Source: Octopus sinensis
Lineage: Eukaryota
Length of the DNA: 64,000 bases
Direction: 5' to 3'
Assembly: GCF_006345805.1 (NCBI RefSeq)
Contig: NC_043005.1
Location: forward strand, 2,914,001-2,978,000
The number at the start of each line of letters is the position of its first letter. Position 1 is the first letter of the stretch. The notes beneath the pieces are model-generated. The model ran no database searches and had not been told where the DNA came from. It saw only the letters and a list, made by a program, of their open reading frames with translations. Positions 11,680-25,000 of the stretch are shown here, piece after piece. The position numbers and the translations under genes were made by a program.

Positions 11680-13650
11680 GCCCCAGTCTCATTTGACTTG
11701 GTTTCTACAGCTGGATGCCCTTCTTAACCCTAACCACTCCAAGTGTGTAATGGGTGTCTTTTACATGTCACTGGCATGGGCCACAATTCAATTTTACTTG
11801 GTTTCACATATTGTCTCAAGCACAGCCATTCACCAAAGGTCTTGGTCCCTTGTCATCACCTCCAAGAGACCAAACATCTGAAAATCATGCTTCACCACCT
11901 CATCCCACGTCTTCCTGCATCTACCGCTTCCACAGGCTCCCGCTACAGTTAAAGATCAGTACTTCTTCACACAGCCGTCTTCATCCATATGCATCACATG
12001 ACTATACCAGTGCAGTCTTCTCTCTTGCGCACCACATCTGATGCCTCTTATGTCCAATTTTTTTCTCAAGATGCTTATACTCTGCTGTTTGTGCACACTG
12101 ACATTGCACATCCAGCAAAGCATGCTAGCTTCATTTCTTCGAAGCCTTTGCATGTCCTCTGCAATCACAGCCCATCTTTCTCTGTGATGTAGCATGGCTG
12201 TTCACACACAGGCATCGTACATCTGCCCTTCACTCTGAGGGAGAGGCCTTTTCTTATCAACAAAGGTAGAAACTCTCTAAACTTTACCCAGCCTCTTCTT
12301 ATTCTAACAGCTCCGCTCTCAGAGTATCCTCCTCCACTGCTGACCTGACTTGGTCACCTAGGTAATGGAAGCTATCAACTACTTCTAATTTTTTTTCCCT
12401 GGCATTTGATGGAATCTATTTTCTGTACATTTTTAGTGTTTGTTGTCCCCATGCACCTACCACACACAAAAGCCATTTTCCCAGTTAACCTTCCTCTGAT
12501 ACTGCTGCACCTCTTATGGAGTTTCTATCTACACCTTTTCTACATATTAGGCAGGGCCATCTCCCTGAAGGAATTTGTCTGCTTTCCTACTTACTAAAAC
12601 TTTGATCTTTGCTAAGGCCTTTCGATTTCAGACCTTTCACATCTTAAATTTCTTCTCTAGTTCTGATAGTGATTCGTCTATAAGAACAAGGTCATCAGCA
12701 TACAATTCTTCTGTTATTGCCTTGGGGACTATGATAAACGAGGGTGCTGAGGACCAATCCTTGGTGAACTCCTACTTGTACACTGAATCCATTACTCATT
12801 GCCAACCCTTCTTAACTCTAGTCTGAAGTCACTGACGCCTAATCTATGCTGTGGACTACATTCTTCACTAGGGAAGATCTTCGCATTCATGAGCAACCAT
12901 GAGTGTGACTTTCTGGTGAGAATGTAATTGATATGGCTTGCATGATCATCCGATTTATAAGTTATCTAGTAACAGGTTGGTTTCTTGAAGTTGATGCTGC
13001 AGATCATTTGGTTATTTGCATCACAGAACTCCAGTAGCCTTATTCTCTCCTCATTTTGGGAACCAATTCCATGGCCCCCATGTTGCACCATGGAAGATAC
13101 CTGGCTGTTGCCCAACATTCCATTGAAATCACCAGCCATGAAGGTAAGGTCACTGTAATTCGTCTTTGAGCCAGACATGTCATAGAAGTGGTCCTTTCGT
13201 TCGTTTGGCAGACCCAGTTGGTGGCGGGGCAAAGATGGTTGTTGCTGTGCTACTCTGCAAAATTAGTCTAAGCTTTACTCTTTCGCATACTCTGACTACC
13301 TCAATCACCTTACTGGCCCATTTCTCTGCTAGAAGTATGTCCACACCTCCTTCCCTATCACTATTGCCCTCCCAGAAGAATTTATACCTATGAGGAACCT
13401 GACTGTAGCTTTGCCCACCTTACTTCTTGGATGCAACACTCATCTCAACAAGCATCTCAACAATCTCACCAGACATACCTTCCAATGTACCTACATTGAC
13501 AGTGCCAGCCCTGAAGGAATGTAAGGGGAGGATGGAGGTGTCATGGGGAGGGAGACCAGCAGCTTTGGGCATCTGAAGAGAAGGTTCTAATGAGCATTTG
13601 CCAATGGACATGTCCTCACATTTAATCTCCCATCACACTTTCCCCCTCCA
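11680..13650 (-). mobile_element. RTE-clade LINE, near full span but internally deleted and degraded
   Basis: APE motifs (FRAGTVNVGTL; FMAGDFNG...GHGIGSQNEE..RLLEFC), RT C-terminus (MQRLRRNEASMLCWMCNV...ERRLHWYSHV). The 3' UTR ends in ggagtggttagggttaagaagggcatccagctgtagaaac. Confidence 0.85.
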
Positions 13651-13688
13651 CTGGAAGTGAGTGTTATACAAGCAAAGAGGAAATAGCT

Positions 13689-13935
13689 ATCATCATCATC
13701 ATCATCTGTTTTCCACACTGGCATGGGTTGGATGGTTCGACTGGGGTCTGGGAAACCAGGAGGGCGCACCTGGTAGTGTTTCTACAGCTGGATGCCCTTC
13801 CCAACACCAACCACTCTGAAAGTGTAGTGGGTGCTTTTTACATGCCACCGGCATAGGGGCCAGAGGGGGCTGGCATCGACCATGATCGGATTGTGCTTTT
13901 CACAGGAGCCAGTCAAGACGGCGCTGGCATCCTGG
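13689..13935 (-). mobile_element. RTE 3'-end repeat (family C) with (GAT)n tail
   Basis: Core gaagggcatccagctgtagaaac...ccaacccatgccagcatggaaa...gatgatga. Other copies at about 14735-15090, 16762-17165, 19625-20036, 22960-23155, 23965-24350, 35650-35865, 47930-48255, 50790-51185, 51900-52120 and 52895-53170. Confidence 0.85.
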
Positions 13936-15247
13936 TTAATTATTGTCACCTCTATTGGAGGTGGGTGTTGTATGCTAGCATTAGTACAAGCAATGCTACA
14001 ACGTATAGATAAATAAATTAATTTGTTATATATAGTTAATTGACTGATTAATTAACTAAGCAATAATACTAAGTATGACTGCAGAGCCATAACAGTAACA
14101 GAGAGTGGGGGGCAGTTTTACACGGAGACAAAAGGAGAGAAGGAGCAACTAATAGATTCAATGAAGACTGGTTAGAGTGAGCCGGGTGCAATTCTGGGTG
14201 GATTGAAAGGAGGAAACAACAAACTAATTTATTAATCTTAAGAATTTCTTTTGTACTTCCTAATAAAAATATGATTTATTGTATCTCTCTCTTGTTTCAT
14301 TCTTTTAAAGCACATATTTTCATTTGTGGAAACTGTTTCCGATTTTACCCTTGAAGCTGCTCCCAATTGCTGCCACTGGCTTTTATGGGTTGTCTCAATC
14401 TCGGGTCACCTCTACAGAATCTTTGAACAAACCATTTCCAAGTAAGTTCTTGTCTTTTACATAGTCTTAGGTCAGCCCTTACTCTACACTCCTGTGACTG
14501 GATTCTAGTCATAGCCATCCCATCGGTTTTTGCCCATAGTGTATTTAGGACTATAATTCCTAATGTATTCTTCATTTATTTAAGATGGTAGGGTGTGGTA
14601 TGAGCAAGATTTGGTTGCTGTTTCTAGCATGTCCAGTCTCAACAGAATAAGATCTTGCTCACATGGTAAAATAACTAAAGACAACTTTATAAACAGGAAA
14701 TCTGATAACAAACCAAATACAGACTTTACAATAAAAATCATCATCGTTGTGTAACCTCTGCTTTCCATGCTGGCATGGGTTGGACAGTTTCACTGAGGAC
14801 TGGAGAGCCAGAAGGCTGCACCAGGCTCCAATCTGATCTGGCAATATTTCTGCAGCTGGAGGGCCTTCCTAACACCAACCACTCTGAGAGTTTAATGGGT
14901 GCTTTTTATGTGCCACTGGCACGGGAGCCAGTCAGGCGGCACTGGCATCAGCCACATTCGGATGGTGCTTTTTACATGCCACCAGCATGGGGAGCCAGTC
15001 AGGCGTTTCTGGCAGCAACCCACATATGAATGAATGGTGCTTCTCGCGTGCCACCAGCTCTGGTAACAGCCACAACTACAATTTCCATTTGATTGTGATG
15101 AAAGTTCTGTAAAATAATAAATTTAACAATTCAAACACCCTCACCCCCACCAACCTCATAAATTAAATATGGAAAAGATAAATTAATAACATTTTTCTTC
15201 TCAAATTGATTTCATTTTTCTTCTGTTTTGTAAAAGGTCCGTTGCAG

Positions 15248-16210
15248 AAACGTCTGCAGTTGAAGAAGCAAATGAGTCCATTTTTGATGCTTTGTTACCA
15301 AAACCTTCAGACTTCAACTTCCAACAAAATACAGAACCAACTTCCTTTATTCGACCACAGGATTCTCTTTTACAACTGGTTCCTGATTCCACTGCTTTGT
15401 GTGTTTTCATTGATCTCATTATTGTCTCTTCCATTACTAACGATGTCTGCACTGTAAATGTCTACCAAAAAGAAGATCTAGCCTCCGCTTCTCAAAGACA
15501 GGCCCCTGCTGCTCCCATTGTGCCCTGCCTAACTAAATCTATCCCTCTACAGATTTATGACAGTCAGTCGTGTGACAAACACATGAATCTTTATCTAGTC
15601 ACTTCTTCTTCCAGTTCTTCAGTTCGCTGCTCTCAAACCATCCAACTTCCATTGTTAGTCTTCACTTCCTTATTTGGTGCTGAAGCTAGTCTCTTACATT
15701 CAGCTGTGATATTACTAACCATGCCTTCTGGGTTTGTTTACCATTTTTCTCTTAAACAGTGGAAGCCCCAACAAAATTCCATGGGTTGCCCCTTGTCTGT
15801 CCTTTGTAACCTCAATGCTCCCATCATCAAAGTATGTCTTATTTATCTCCAGAGACAATCTACTAGTGACCTGCCAACTGAAACAATGCCTAATTCCCAA
15901 TCGCCTGCAGCACCAACAAGTGTTGCCCAGAATCTTCCGTGCCTATTCCTGGCTGCTCAAAATGGCAAATGTTTTCTATTTTCTCCACCAAGTAACTTCA
16001 AAAATCGGCTCAAAGTTCTTGAGACAATTCATTTAGAAGACTCTCCAATATCAGATTGTTGTCTGGGAGTTGAACCCTATCAATTAGTTTATGCTACTAG
16101 GAAAAAGGTCATCCAACTTGACCTTAATTATAACGAAGGAATCAGCCAAACCACCAAACACGTTGCATCCTTGTCTGCCATTTCTACCTTAGCAGTTCTT
16201 CAGCTAAAAG
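15248..16210 (+). CDS. FAAP100: FAAP100 large internal exon
   Basis: About 320 open codons containing LLVFTSLFGAEASLLHSAVILLTMPSGFVYHF, matching the recalled vertebrate FAAP100 segment LFGADATLLQSPVVLCGLPDG. Donor aaag|gtgagc, phase 1. The acceptor is either ttgcag (exon start 15248) or aaag (start 15237). Confidence 0.8.
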
Positions 16211-18361
16211 GTGAGCTTTTATCTTTGTTATTTATCTCTCTTTGGTTGTTTTATTCTTCGTTTTTGGTGTGATTTAGGGATGGCAAGAGATGAGGGATCT
16301 AATCTCATTGGTTCCGGCAACCATTTTAATATTTTTTTTTTATCTTGTTTCAGTCTTTAGACTGCAGCCATGCCCCACCCTGAAGAATTTGAGTCAAAAG
16401 GATCAACTCCAGTACTTAGTTTTTTTATGCCCAATAATTCCATTTGTCTCCTTTGCCAAACCACTAAGTTACAGGGACGTAAACACATCAGCACAGGTTA
16501 AGTGGTGATGGAATACACATATATAATGGGCTTCTTTCAGTTTTCTTCTACCAAATCCATGCACAAGCTTTTGGTTAACTCACGGCTACAGTAGAATACA
16601 CTTGCTCAAGATGCCATGCAGTGGGACTGAACTTGGAACCATATGATTGGGAAGTAAAACTGCTTACCACACGGCCACCTCTTAACTCAAACGTGTTATT
16701 TCACTTGTTTGCTGATGTTTTTGCTTTTAATGCTCCAGATTTTTTTGTTGTTGTTTTCAGGTATCATCATCATCACCGTTTAACATCCGCTTTCCATTTG
16801 GCATGGGTTGGACGGTTTGACTGAGGACTGGTGAGCCAGAAGACTGCACCAGGCTCCAAATTGATCTGGCAAAGTTTCTACAGTTGGATGCCTTTCCTAA
16901 TGCCAACCACTCCAAGAGTGTAGTGGATACTTTTATGTGCCATGGCACAAGGGCCAGTCAGGCGACACTGGCAATGACCACACTCGAGTGTTGTTTTTCA
17001 CGTGCCACTGGCACATGTGCCGGTAAGGCGACGCTGGCAACAACCATGCTCGAATGGTGCTTTTTACGTGCCACTGGCACGGGAGCCAGTCCATGTCCCT
17101 GGCACGGGTGCCAATCAGGCGTTAATGTCATCGGCCACGTCAGCGATTTTGATTTCACTTAGGTCTTCGCAAGCAAAGTTTATAGTCCAGTGAATGAGGG
17201 GTACTCATAAGGGGGCTGGTTGCACCCCACGCTCGGACGTGCTTTTCTTTATTCAGAATATTGTAGATAAATGAGAGGAAGCCTTTGTAAAGCCGTATCA
17301 CATGGTAGAGAAGAGAAGTGGACCAATAACATGGTTTGGGGTGATGGTCATATACTCAGGCATAACCTGAAAAACTCTAAAGGAATTGAAATTTCCCTCA
17401 ATGTTTGAAAATTTCAAAGGGGGGGGGGAGATGATTTTTTTTTAAATTCACAAAACAATTTTTATGCTCGTAGTAGGTGTAGTGACGCTATCCAACAGCG
17501 CGCGCGCAACGCCACTTCAGTTCGCGCGTGCGGGGTTTGGAGCCTTCTAGAAAGGCAGAGGGTAAGTGCCCTCTCACGCATGCGCGAAGACTGGAAGAAG
17601 GGAATGATGATGTGGCGTTCCCCTAAAAAGGGTACAGGCAGACGCATAGCAGCAGTGAGCAGAATGACTTGAGGCACAGCTATCGAAGAGAAAGGACGTA
17701 TTTTCATACGTGTGATCAACCTATTCTCCTGTCCCAGACGCTTGGGATTTAACGTATCTATTGCTGCTGAATTGTTGTAAGAATGGATACCAGTATACCA
17801 TCGTGTTTCCTTGTTGAATAAGAGAATAAAGAATGATATATATTTCTAAACTTGCTTTTCGTTCCTGACTGGTAGTTTCTGGAAACAAAAAGAAAGGAAA
17901 TTGAGTTGCACCCAAGTTGCACCCCAAAAGTGCAAAGAAGCAACCAGTGACCTTTTACATAGGGAATCTAATCCTTGGCAGCAAGCAAGGGAGTTAATTA
18001 GAGACATGTTTTATTAGACCTCTTAGTCATCTAAAATCTGCCCAATCTGTAAACAGAGATTTCTACAAGAATCCTAAAAACAATTCTGGACAATAATTTG
18101 CATAATTACAAAAAAGGGAGTTAAAGGAAATAAGTGGCACATACCTATCCCATGAATTTAGAGAATTCACTTCAGTTTTCTTGCCAGTTGTTAACAATTT
18201 CATCATTGCTTTAGACTTCTTTTCCATACTTACCTCTAACTAACACTCACCTCCCTCCTCACAGCATTGTAACTTCTACCACCCATCATCATCATCATCA
18301 TCATCATTCTATTTGATTTAATATTTTGAAACTGTCACATTTTTTTTTTTTCATTCTCCAG

Positions 18362-19240
18362 ATGACCACAAATTGTTGTGTCTATCCAACCATGGCCAGT
18401 CCTATAGCCTGTCTGTATCCAAAGAGGGATTCAACATGAACGCAAAACTCAAACAAGAAGAAAACTCTGTTTCTCAGCTGCTTTCTCAAGTGGAAAATGT
18501 CAATAAGAATATTAAAAGAGCTTCAGAGATTCTGGAAGCTCAATCCCATGTAATTTCTCAGTTAGTAACTGGCACTCACCTGACACGGGACCAGTTTGTG
18601 TCCAGCAATGTCCAGTGTAAACTGACCGTCTTTAAAGACATCTACGGACAGACAATCCTCCGATGTGCGGTCACTAACAGAAAACTGACCTTCACACCTG
18701 ACTGGTCGTTTCTCATGGAAGCTGTTCCATCTCGAAAATACCAAAAAAATAATCATACGACTTGCCAGACATTAGTTAAAACCTTATCTCTTGCCAATGG
18801 TTTAAAACCTGAAGAATCTGCTCTGATTGACATTATTCTAAACATCATGGCACCATCAGATACAAGAATTCATGTTTCTGTTTGGCTTGTCTTTAACTTA
18901 CCATTTTGTAAATTTTATCTAGATTCTCCAAATGACATTTCTAGATATTTAGAAACCCAGCTCTCAAAGGGAATGGCTATTCCTGTCTTTAAAGGAAACA
19001 CTGATTTCTTATCATTTGTTTTACCTTTGGAAAGGAAAGAATCCAAAATCCATTCTATTTCAAGTGTTAAATCTCCTTCTTTAACTAAAAAAGTACAAAA
19101 AATTGCCTGTGACAAACCCATATATGCAACTTTCTCTGACCCCCAAAAGGACCTTGTTCTGGAATCGGAACAGTTGTTCACTCATGCAATTGATATTCCT
19201 GCTTCTCTTAAGAATTCCTTTTTTGACCACAGCTGTACAG
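18362..19240 (+). CDS. FAAP100: FAAP100 internal exon (DDHKLLCLSNHGQSYSL...SQLLSQVENVNKNIKRASEIL...)
   Basis: Acceptor ttcattctccag, phase 1 in and out, donor acag|gtaaac. The coiled-coil segment resembles FAAP100 IKELLSGIGNISERVSFLKKAVDQ (from memory). Confidence 0.8.
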
Positions 19241-19658
19241 GTAAACATTTAGATTCCAATTTATTTACCTGTTTTCTTTTTTACATGATTTATCCTTTGT
19301 CTCCCCCCCCCCCCATCCTTCCTGTTTAGCAGATACAGTTTATATTCTGAACCTTTAGACATTTCACATTGGCCATGTTTTTGCCCCTCACACATTATGG
19401 AACCAGTTCCACTTCTGCTATATTCTGTGTTGCCTCTAACATTGGTTCCTGTTCTATGAAGGAACTTCCTTTTCGTAGTTATAACATTTTGTCCTTCCGC
19501 TATCTTTGGACTGTTTAATCTCCAAATCACCATTGTGCTAATCCATCAGATACATAGAAAATATCAAATTGAATAAATTTTATTTACTTCTAAAAAATTT
19601 TACCAAATTAAAAAAAACAAAATCATTCGAGCAAGGTCATTGCCAGTGGCGCTGGTCT

Positions 19659-19860
19659 GGCTCCTGTGCAGGTGGCACATAAAAAGCACCATTTGAGTGT
19701 GGCTGTTGCTAGTACCACCAGACTGGCTCCTGTGCAGGTGGCACATAAAAAGCACCATTTGAGTGTGGCTGTTGCTAGTACCACCAGACTGGCTCCTGTG
19801 CAGGTGGCACATAAAAAGCACCATTTGAGTGTGGCTGTTGCTAGTACCACCAGACTGGCC
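19659..19860 (+). repeat. Three perfect 66-bp tandem units inside an RTE-tail repeat
   Basis: aaaaagcaccatttgagtgtggctgttgctagtaccaccagactggctcctgtgcaggtggcacat recurs at 19681, 19747 and 19813 (last copy partial). Confidence 0.95.
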
Positions 19861-20196
19861 CTCGTGCTGGTGGCACATAAAAGCACCCACTACACTCACG
19901 GAGTGGTTGGCGTTAGGAAGGGCATCCAGCTGTAGAAACTCTGCCAGATCAGATTGGAGTCTGGTTCACCAGACCTCAGTCTAATCGTCCAACCCATGCC
20001 AGCATGGAAAGCAGACGTTAAACGATGATGATGATGACTTTATTTTTTAGTTTATTTCTTGAAGGCAAAGAATTTTTTTTTTTAGATTTGTTTAAAATGC
20101 TGCACAGAAATTCACATCACAAACACTTCTTTTAGTTGTGTGCCTGTCTATATCTCCATCCATCCATATATATATGTAAATATGTATATACACACA

Positions 20197-20227
<31 letters not shown>

Positions 20228-21126
20228 CACTAGGTGTGTATTAGAAAAAGGAGATTTTTAAAATCCGAAACGAAATACTTGCTGTTTGTCTGAATCTCCC
20301 AAAGACCTGACCGGTGCAGCACCACTGCCACCTTGAAGAATTTCGTGTTGAGTCCAGCATTAGATTCTGGAAGCATGATTTGCAATGTGTCCACTGTTAC
20401 TGGAATTGTCTGATGGAAAGACAACCTGGCAGTCGTGTGTTTTTGAGATTTAATGATAATAGTTTAATATCAACAAGTAAGAGGTGGAGGCCATCAGATT
20501 GTTTTATATTGGGTTGGCATCAAACCAAGAGATTCCACTGTACCAGCGACATACCATTAAGGTTTAGTGTTTGTATGTGTATATACATACATGTATCTAT
20601 GATGCCCCGTAGTTTTTGAGGAGGTGTCTTGTTGAGCCTGGGTTCAAACTCTTCTCTGGCTGATTTCACTTTTTTTCTGACCAGGATTAATTTAAATTAG
20701 TAATTATACTCAGCACTTTGTTATATTTTGTGTAGAAATTATAAATTAACAAACCATTCCAGTACCATGGATCAAAGCTGGGTAGATATCATCATCATGA
20801 TTGGTTGGATGGTTTGACAGGGATTGGTAAGTCAGAAGACGGCCCCAAGCCCTGACCATTTTCTTTGGTATGGCTGAACATCCTCGTTGTGTTGAGACCC
20901 AGTCTTTTAGATTGAATGGATAAACCCATTTGGTATAAGATTGTCATCTTTGAATTCCAACATTTTGAGATCTAATCTTACCCTTTCTTAGTCCATATCT
21001 GCCTTCCTTTGTCAATACAGCACTTTACACCATTTGACCGTGACCATCACAGCACCTTCACTTTTCTTTCTTGTAACCATCAATAATTTATATATTTCCT
21101 GTTCATCATAATTTCTCTTCCAAAAG

Positions 21127-21347
21127 ATTCCACTCATCAATCCTGTCTTCTCAAAGATTTACTGACCAAGATGGAGGTGGTGTCATGTGGTGTGACAGAC
21201 TCCTCGGTGACGCTCAGCTCAACTGATTGTGGTCAGCTTATTATTGCTGTCCATCAGCAGGATGATGTTAAATACATCCTAGAGATCCAAGCCTCCAGCC
21301 AAGGGGTCGTAGCTGAAACTGTCCATGCCATCTTACTTCGACTTATG
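21127..21347 (+). CDS. FAAP100: FAAP100 exon (DSTHQSCLLKDLLTKMEVVSCG...LEIQASSQGVVAETVHAILLRLM)
   Basis: Acceptor tttctcttccaaaag, phase 1; donor atg|gtaagg, phase 0. Resembles the FAAP100 C-terminal VEIQVESSSLADICRAHHAVVGRM (from memory). Confidence 0.8.
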
Positions 21348-24300
21348 GTAAGGGAAACTAAGATTTAATTTATTATTACTAAAGAGAGGTGATAGAAACA
21401 CTAGGATTTGTGTGTGTGTGTGTGTGCACTGCTTTATAAAAGTCTAGAAACTGTTACTGTAACATTGCTTTCAAATGTTGACACAAGGCCAGCAACTTTG
21501 CGGAGGGGACAGGCATGAGTCGATTCCATTGATGACCCCCCCCCACTGCTCAGTTGGTACTTACTTTATCAATCCCAAAAGAATGAAAAGCAAAGTCGAC
21601 CTCAGCAGAATCTGAATTCAGAATGTAGAGACAGACTATGACTGCAGATGGCAGAGTTGTTGCCATGCCAATATGCTAACGACTCTGCCATTTCAATTCC
21701 TTTGTTTGGTGCCACATACTGCTGTTTAGAATGGTTAGCTTCTCATCTTTTAACTCTTTCATTGCCATATTTCAATTGAGGTAATCATTCCAGTTTATTT
21801 TGGAAACGATGAAGAATTCAGTATAAGAGCATTCCTGTTGCTATAGTAACAGGATGAGATGAAGCAAAGCGAATCTACTTCCCACTTTTGCTCACACTAG
21901 AAAAACTAGTGTTACCAGAGAGAGCAACACGTGGACGAGGGTCCCCTCAGTATGCTGCATTAAGTATGAAACATGTTCATACACAAAAAGAAAGCCCCTA
22001 AACCCTAGCTTGAGTACCTGAGGACACATGGAGTTAAAGCCTAGCAAGAGAGAAACACAAAGGGAAGAGACAGACATGGCCTCTATGGATGGCAAATATG
22101 TATTTTATCACTTTCTTCTAACGTCTGGGTTGGATGGTTTTGCAGGATTCAATGTGTCCAAGAACTGCACTGAGTGACAGTCTCTGCTTTGGCGTGGAGT
22201 AGATGTACACAGCAGCATGGTTGGATGGTTTGAGAAGTTGACCTTGCAGCCATGCGGTTTCAGGTTCAGTCCCACTGTACAACATCTTGGACAATTGTCT
22301 TCTACTGTCAAAAGAAATTGCTTCAGTAGCATGTGTTCATCTGACCCATGCTGGCATGAAAAAATTGATGTAAGAAACAAACTAATTACCTAAGTTTCAT
22401 TTGTTTTCCTATACTCATGTAGATGGATATGGTCTGTTCCAGCAGAAAGGGTCATCACATGTCAATGTCCTTCGTCACTTGTTATTGTTGCATTATCATT
22501 GTTATTATTATTATTATTATTATTACTAAGGTATTGAGCTGGTAGAATCATTAGTGTGCTGGGAAAAAAAGGTCTAGTGACTTCTGCCTATTTATGATCA
22601 GGGTTCAATCTTTGGCGTGGTCATCTTCACCTTTCATCCTTTCAAATCCAATAAAATAAGGACCAGTTCTGCACCCTCTACATTTCCGGCCTTGTGCTTC
22701 TAGTGGAAAGGGTTATTGTTATTTCCTTGCAGCATAGACAGGATGCATTTTATCATACCTTCAGCACTTGTGGGGGTTGTCTTCCAGGATTAAACTCTCT
22801 CTCTCTCAACCTCCTCCTCCTCCTCAGCAAGAAACCTCTGGCCTCTCCTCTCATATTTTCATCCCCTCATTTACTACCACAAAGCTGTTCCCTTGCTAAT
22901 GTAAACTCATTCATCAGATAAGGATTTTTTTTGTCTTGCAAGGCACATGGCACCCTGCCACTTGTGTTGGTGGCACAAAAACAGCAGTCGGTCCACACTG
23001 TAAAGCGGTTGGTGTTAGGAAGGACATCACCCAGCCATAGAAACCATCCCCACAGCAGACACATCAGAGCATGATGTAGTCTTTGGTCCCATCGGTTCCT
23101 GTCAAAGACCATCCAACTCATTCCAATATGGAAGGCAAACATTTAATGATGATGATGGTCTCTCTCCGTATGAACTCCAGCATAATCTGATAGCTTTCCA
23201 AGCAACCACAAAGCTAGAGGCCCACATCATGTCACCACAACATTTCTGTCTGTGGCCAAGACACAAAATTTCAATTCACCTACATTGCTGTAGCTTGGGC
23301 CTGCAGAGTAGAAATAACTCACTGAATCAGTTAATTAGGAGCAGGACTATAAAAACTTAAACTTGCCATACTGTGTTCAATTTCTCCTGTGACCAAAGAG
23401 CCTTCATAAATCCAGTCTTTTAGAACTCTGCTTCTCAAACTGACCAATCCAATCTCAATCCCCAAGAAATTTGGGGACCTTCATCCCCTTTTTAAGGAGA
23501 AAACAAAAGCAGCAAGCTGGCAGAAAATCATTATCATGCAGGACAAACTGCTGCTAAGCATTTTATCCATCTCTACGTTCTCAGTTCAGATTCCACCAAG
23601 GTCGGTTTTGGCTTTCATCTCTTTCGGAGTCGATGAAATAAGTACCAGTTGAGCATTGAGTCAATGTAATCGGCTTACCCCACAAGATTGAGGAAACGAA
23701 AGCTAGCTGATGTCCTTATAATTCTTATGTTTCTCACTGTTTTTGGACAAACTTACAGTTTTAAATCCCTTTTGTATTAAACAAGGCATTTTGCCATCCT
23801 TGTTCGATGCCCACCTCCTGGCGAGCAGGATTCCCCTATATGAAATATAACTTCTTTTTTTTTTTTAATATTTCAAATTTCAAAAATCTAAATTGATTAA
23901 ATTATCAAGCTAAACGAGGCTCCAATTTCTTTAATCCTTCAACATTCAGATTAATCTGTCGTCGTTTGTCATTTAACATCTGCTTTCCATGCTGGCATGG
24001 GTTGGACGGTTTGACTGGGGACTGGCGAACCAGAAGGCTGCACCAGGTTCCAGTCTTGATCTGGCATAGTTTCTACAGTTGGATGCCCTTCCTAATGCCA
24101 ACCACTCCAAGAGTGTAGTGGATGCTTTTACGTGCCATGGCACGAGGACCAGTCAGGCTGTTCTGGCAATGACCATGCTCAAAAGGTGTTTTTTTTTACA
24201 TGCTACCTGCACAGGAGCCAGTCCGGTGGCACTGGCAACAACCACACCGGAATGTTGATTTTCACGTGCCACTAAGGCAACGCTGGCAACGATCATGCTT

Positions 24301-24631
24301 GAATGGTGCTTTTTATGTTCCACTGGCACAGGAACCAACGATCACGCTCGGATAGTTTTAATTAATCATTCATTATGTCATTGCTTTGTGATTTTGATGT
24401 GATTGTTTATTTTTAAGATGACTTGGTCGATTAGACGTGAGAGGGTGGATCTGTCCAGTTCAAACATAAAACAAGTAGAATCTTTGCATTTGATATGATG
24501 GCCAGTTTAAATACTAAAAGGTTAACAAAAAAGTCTCTCAAATGCTTTTAAGTACATAACGATTGTAAATTTTAATTAGTCTGAAATTTTCTTTGGTTTC
24601 TGTTTTATTTTTGCTTTTGATATTTGAACAG

Positions 24632-24694
24632 AAATTGCTGTCTGCTAAGCCAACTGTGACATTGGACTGTTCCAAGTTTGGTCAAGAGATGGAG
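24632..24694 (+). CDS. FAAP100: FAAP100 penultimate exon (KLLSAKPTVTLDCSKFGQEME)
   Basis: Acceptor tttgaacag, 63 nt, phase 0/0, donor gag|gtgaga. Confidence 0.7.
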
Positions 24695-24856
24695 GTGAGA
24701 GGATAAAACATACTTTTATTGTTAACCCCCTAAAGACTTGTGTTCTTTTATTGTTATCCTATAATAAGCTAGGTACTTTTTTTTACCCCACATGACTTTG
24801 GCACATTAATTGTTACCCCACAGTGTTTCAGGAGTTGTGTTTGTTTCCCTCTTCAG

Positions 24857-25000
24857 ATAATAACAGAAGAAGTGAAATCAATCCAGGAAGATCTGAACTC
24901 TACAGAAATGGTCAACAGTAAAATCATGACCAGAGTTTTATTGACGTATCTAAAGTCAAGGAACCTTGATTTCATCATAACATCAGATTTGTATTCTTGA
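24857..25000 (+). CDS. FAAP100: FAAP100 last coding exon (IITEEVKSIQEDL...VLLTYLKSRNLDFIITSDLYS*)
   Basis: Acceptor tttccctcttcag, phase 0, TGA at 24998-25000. LLTYLKSRNLDFII parallels the FAAP100 terminus LLQVYRQLRHPSLILL. AATAAA at 25204-25209. Confidence 0.75.
   Translation: MITEEVKSIQEDLNSTEMVNSKIMTRVLLTYLKSRNLDFIITSDLYS

Noticed and set aside
20086-20135. Extra FAAP100 exon after tttttttag
   Set aside because: An in-frame TAG follows after 15 codons, and the 19240 to 21127 join is already in phase.
20230-20619. ORFs of 64 and 101 aa in a FAAP100 intron
   Set aside because: No recognisable motif and no usable splice phase; probably decayed repeat sequence.
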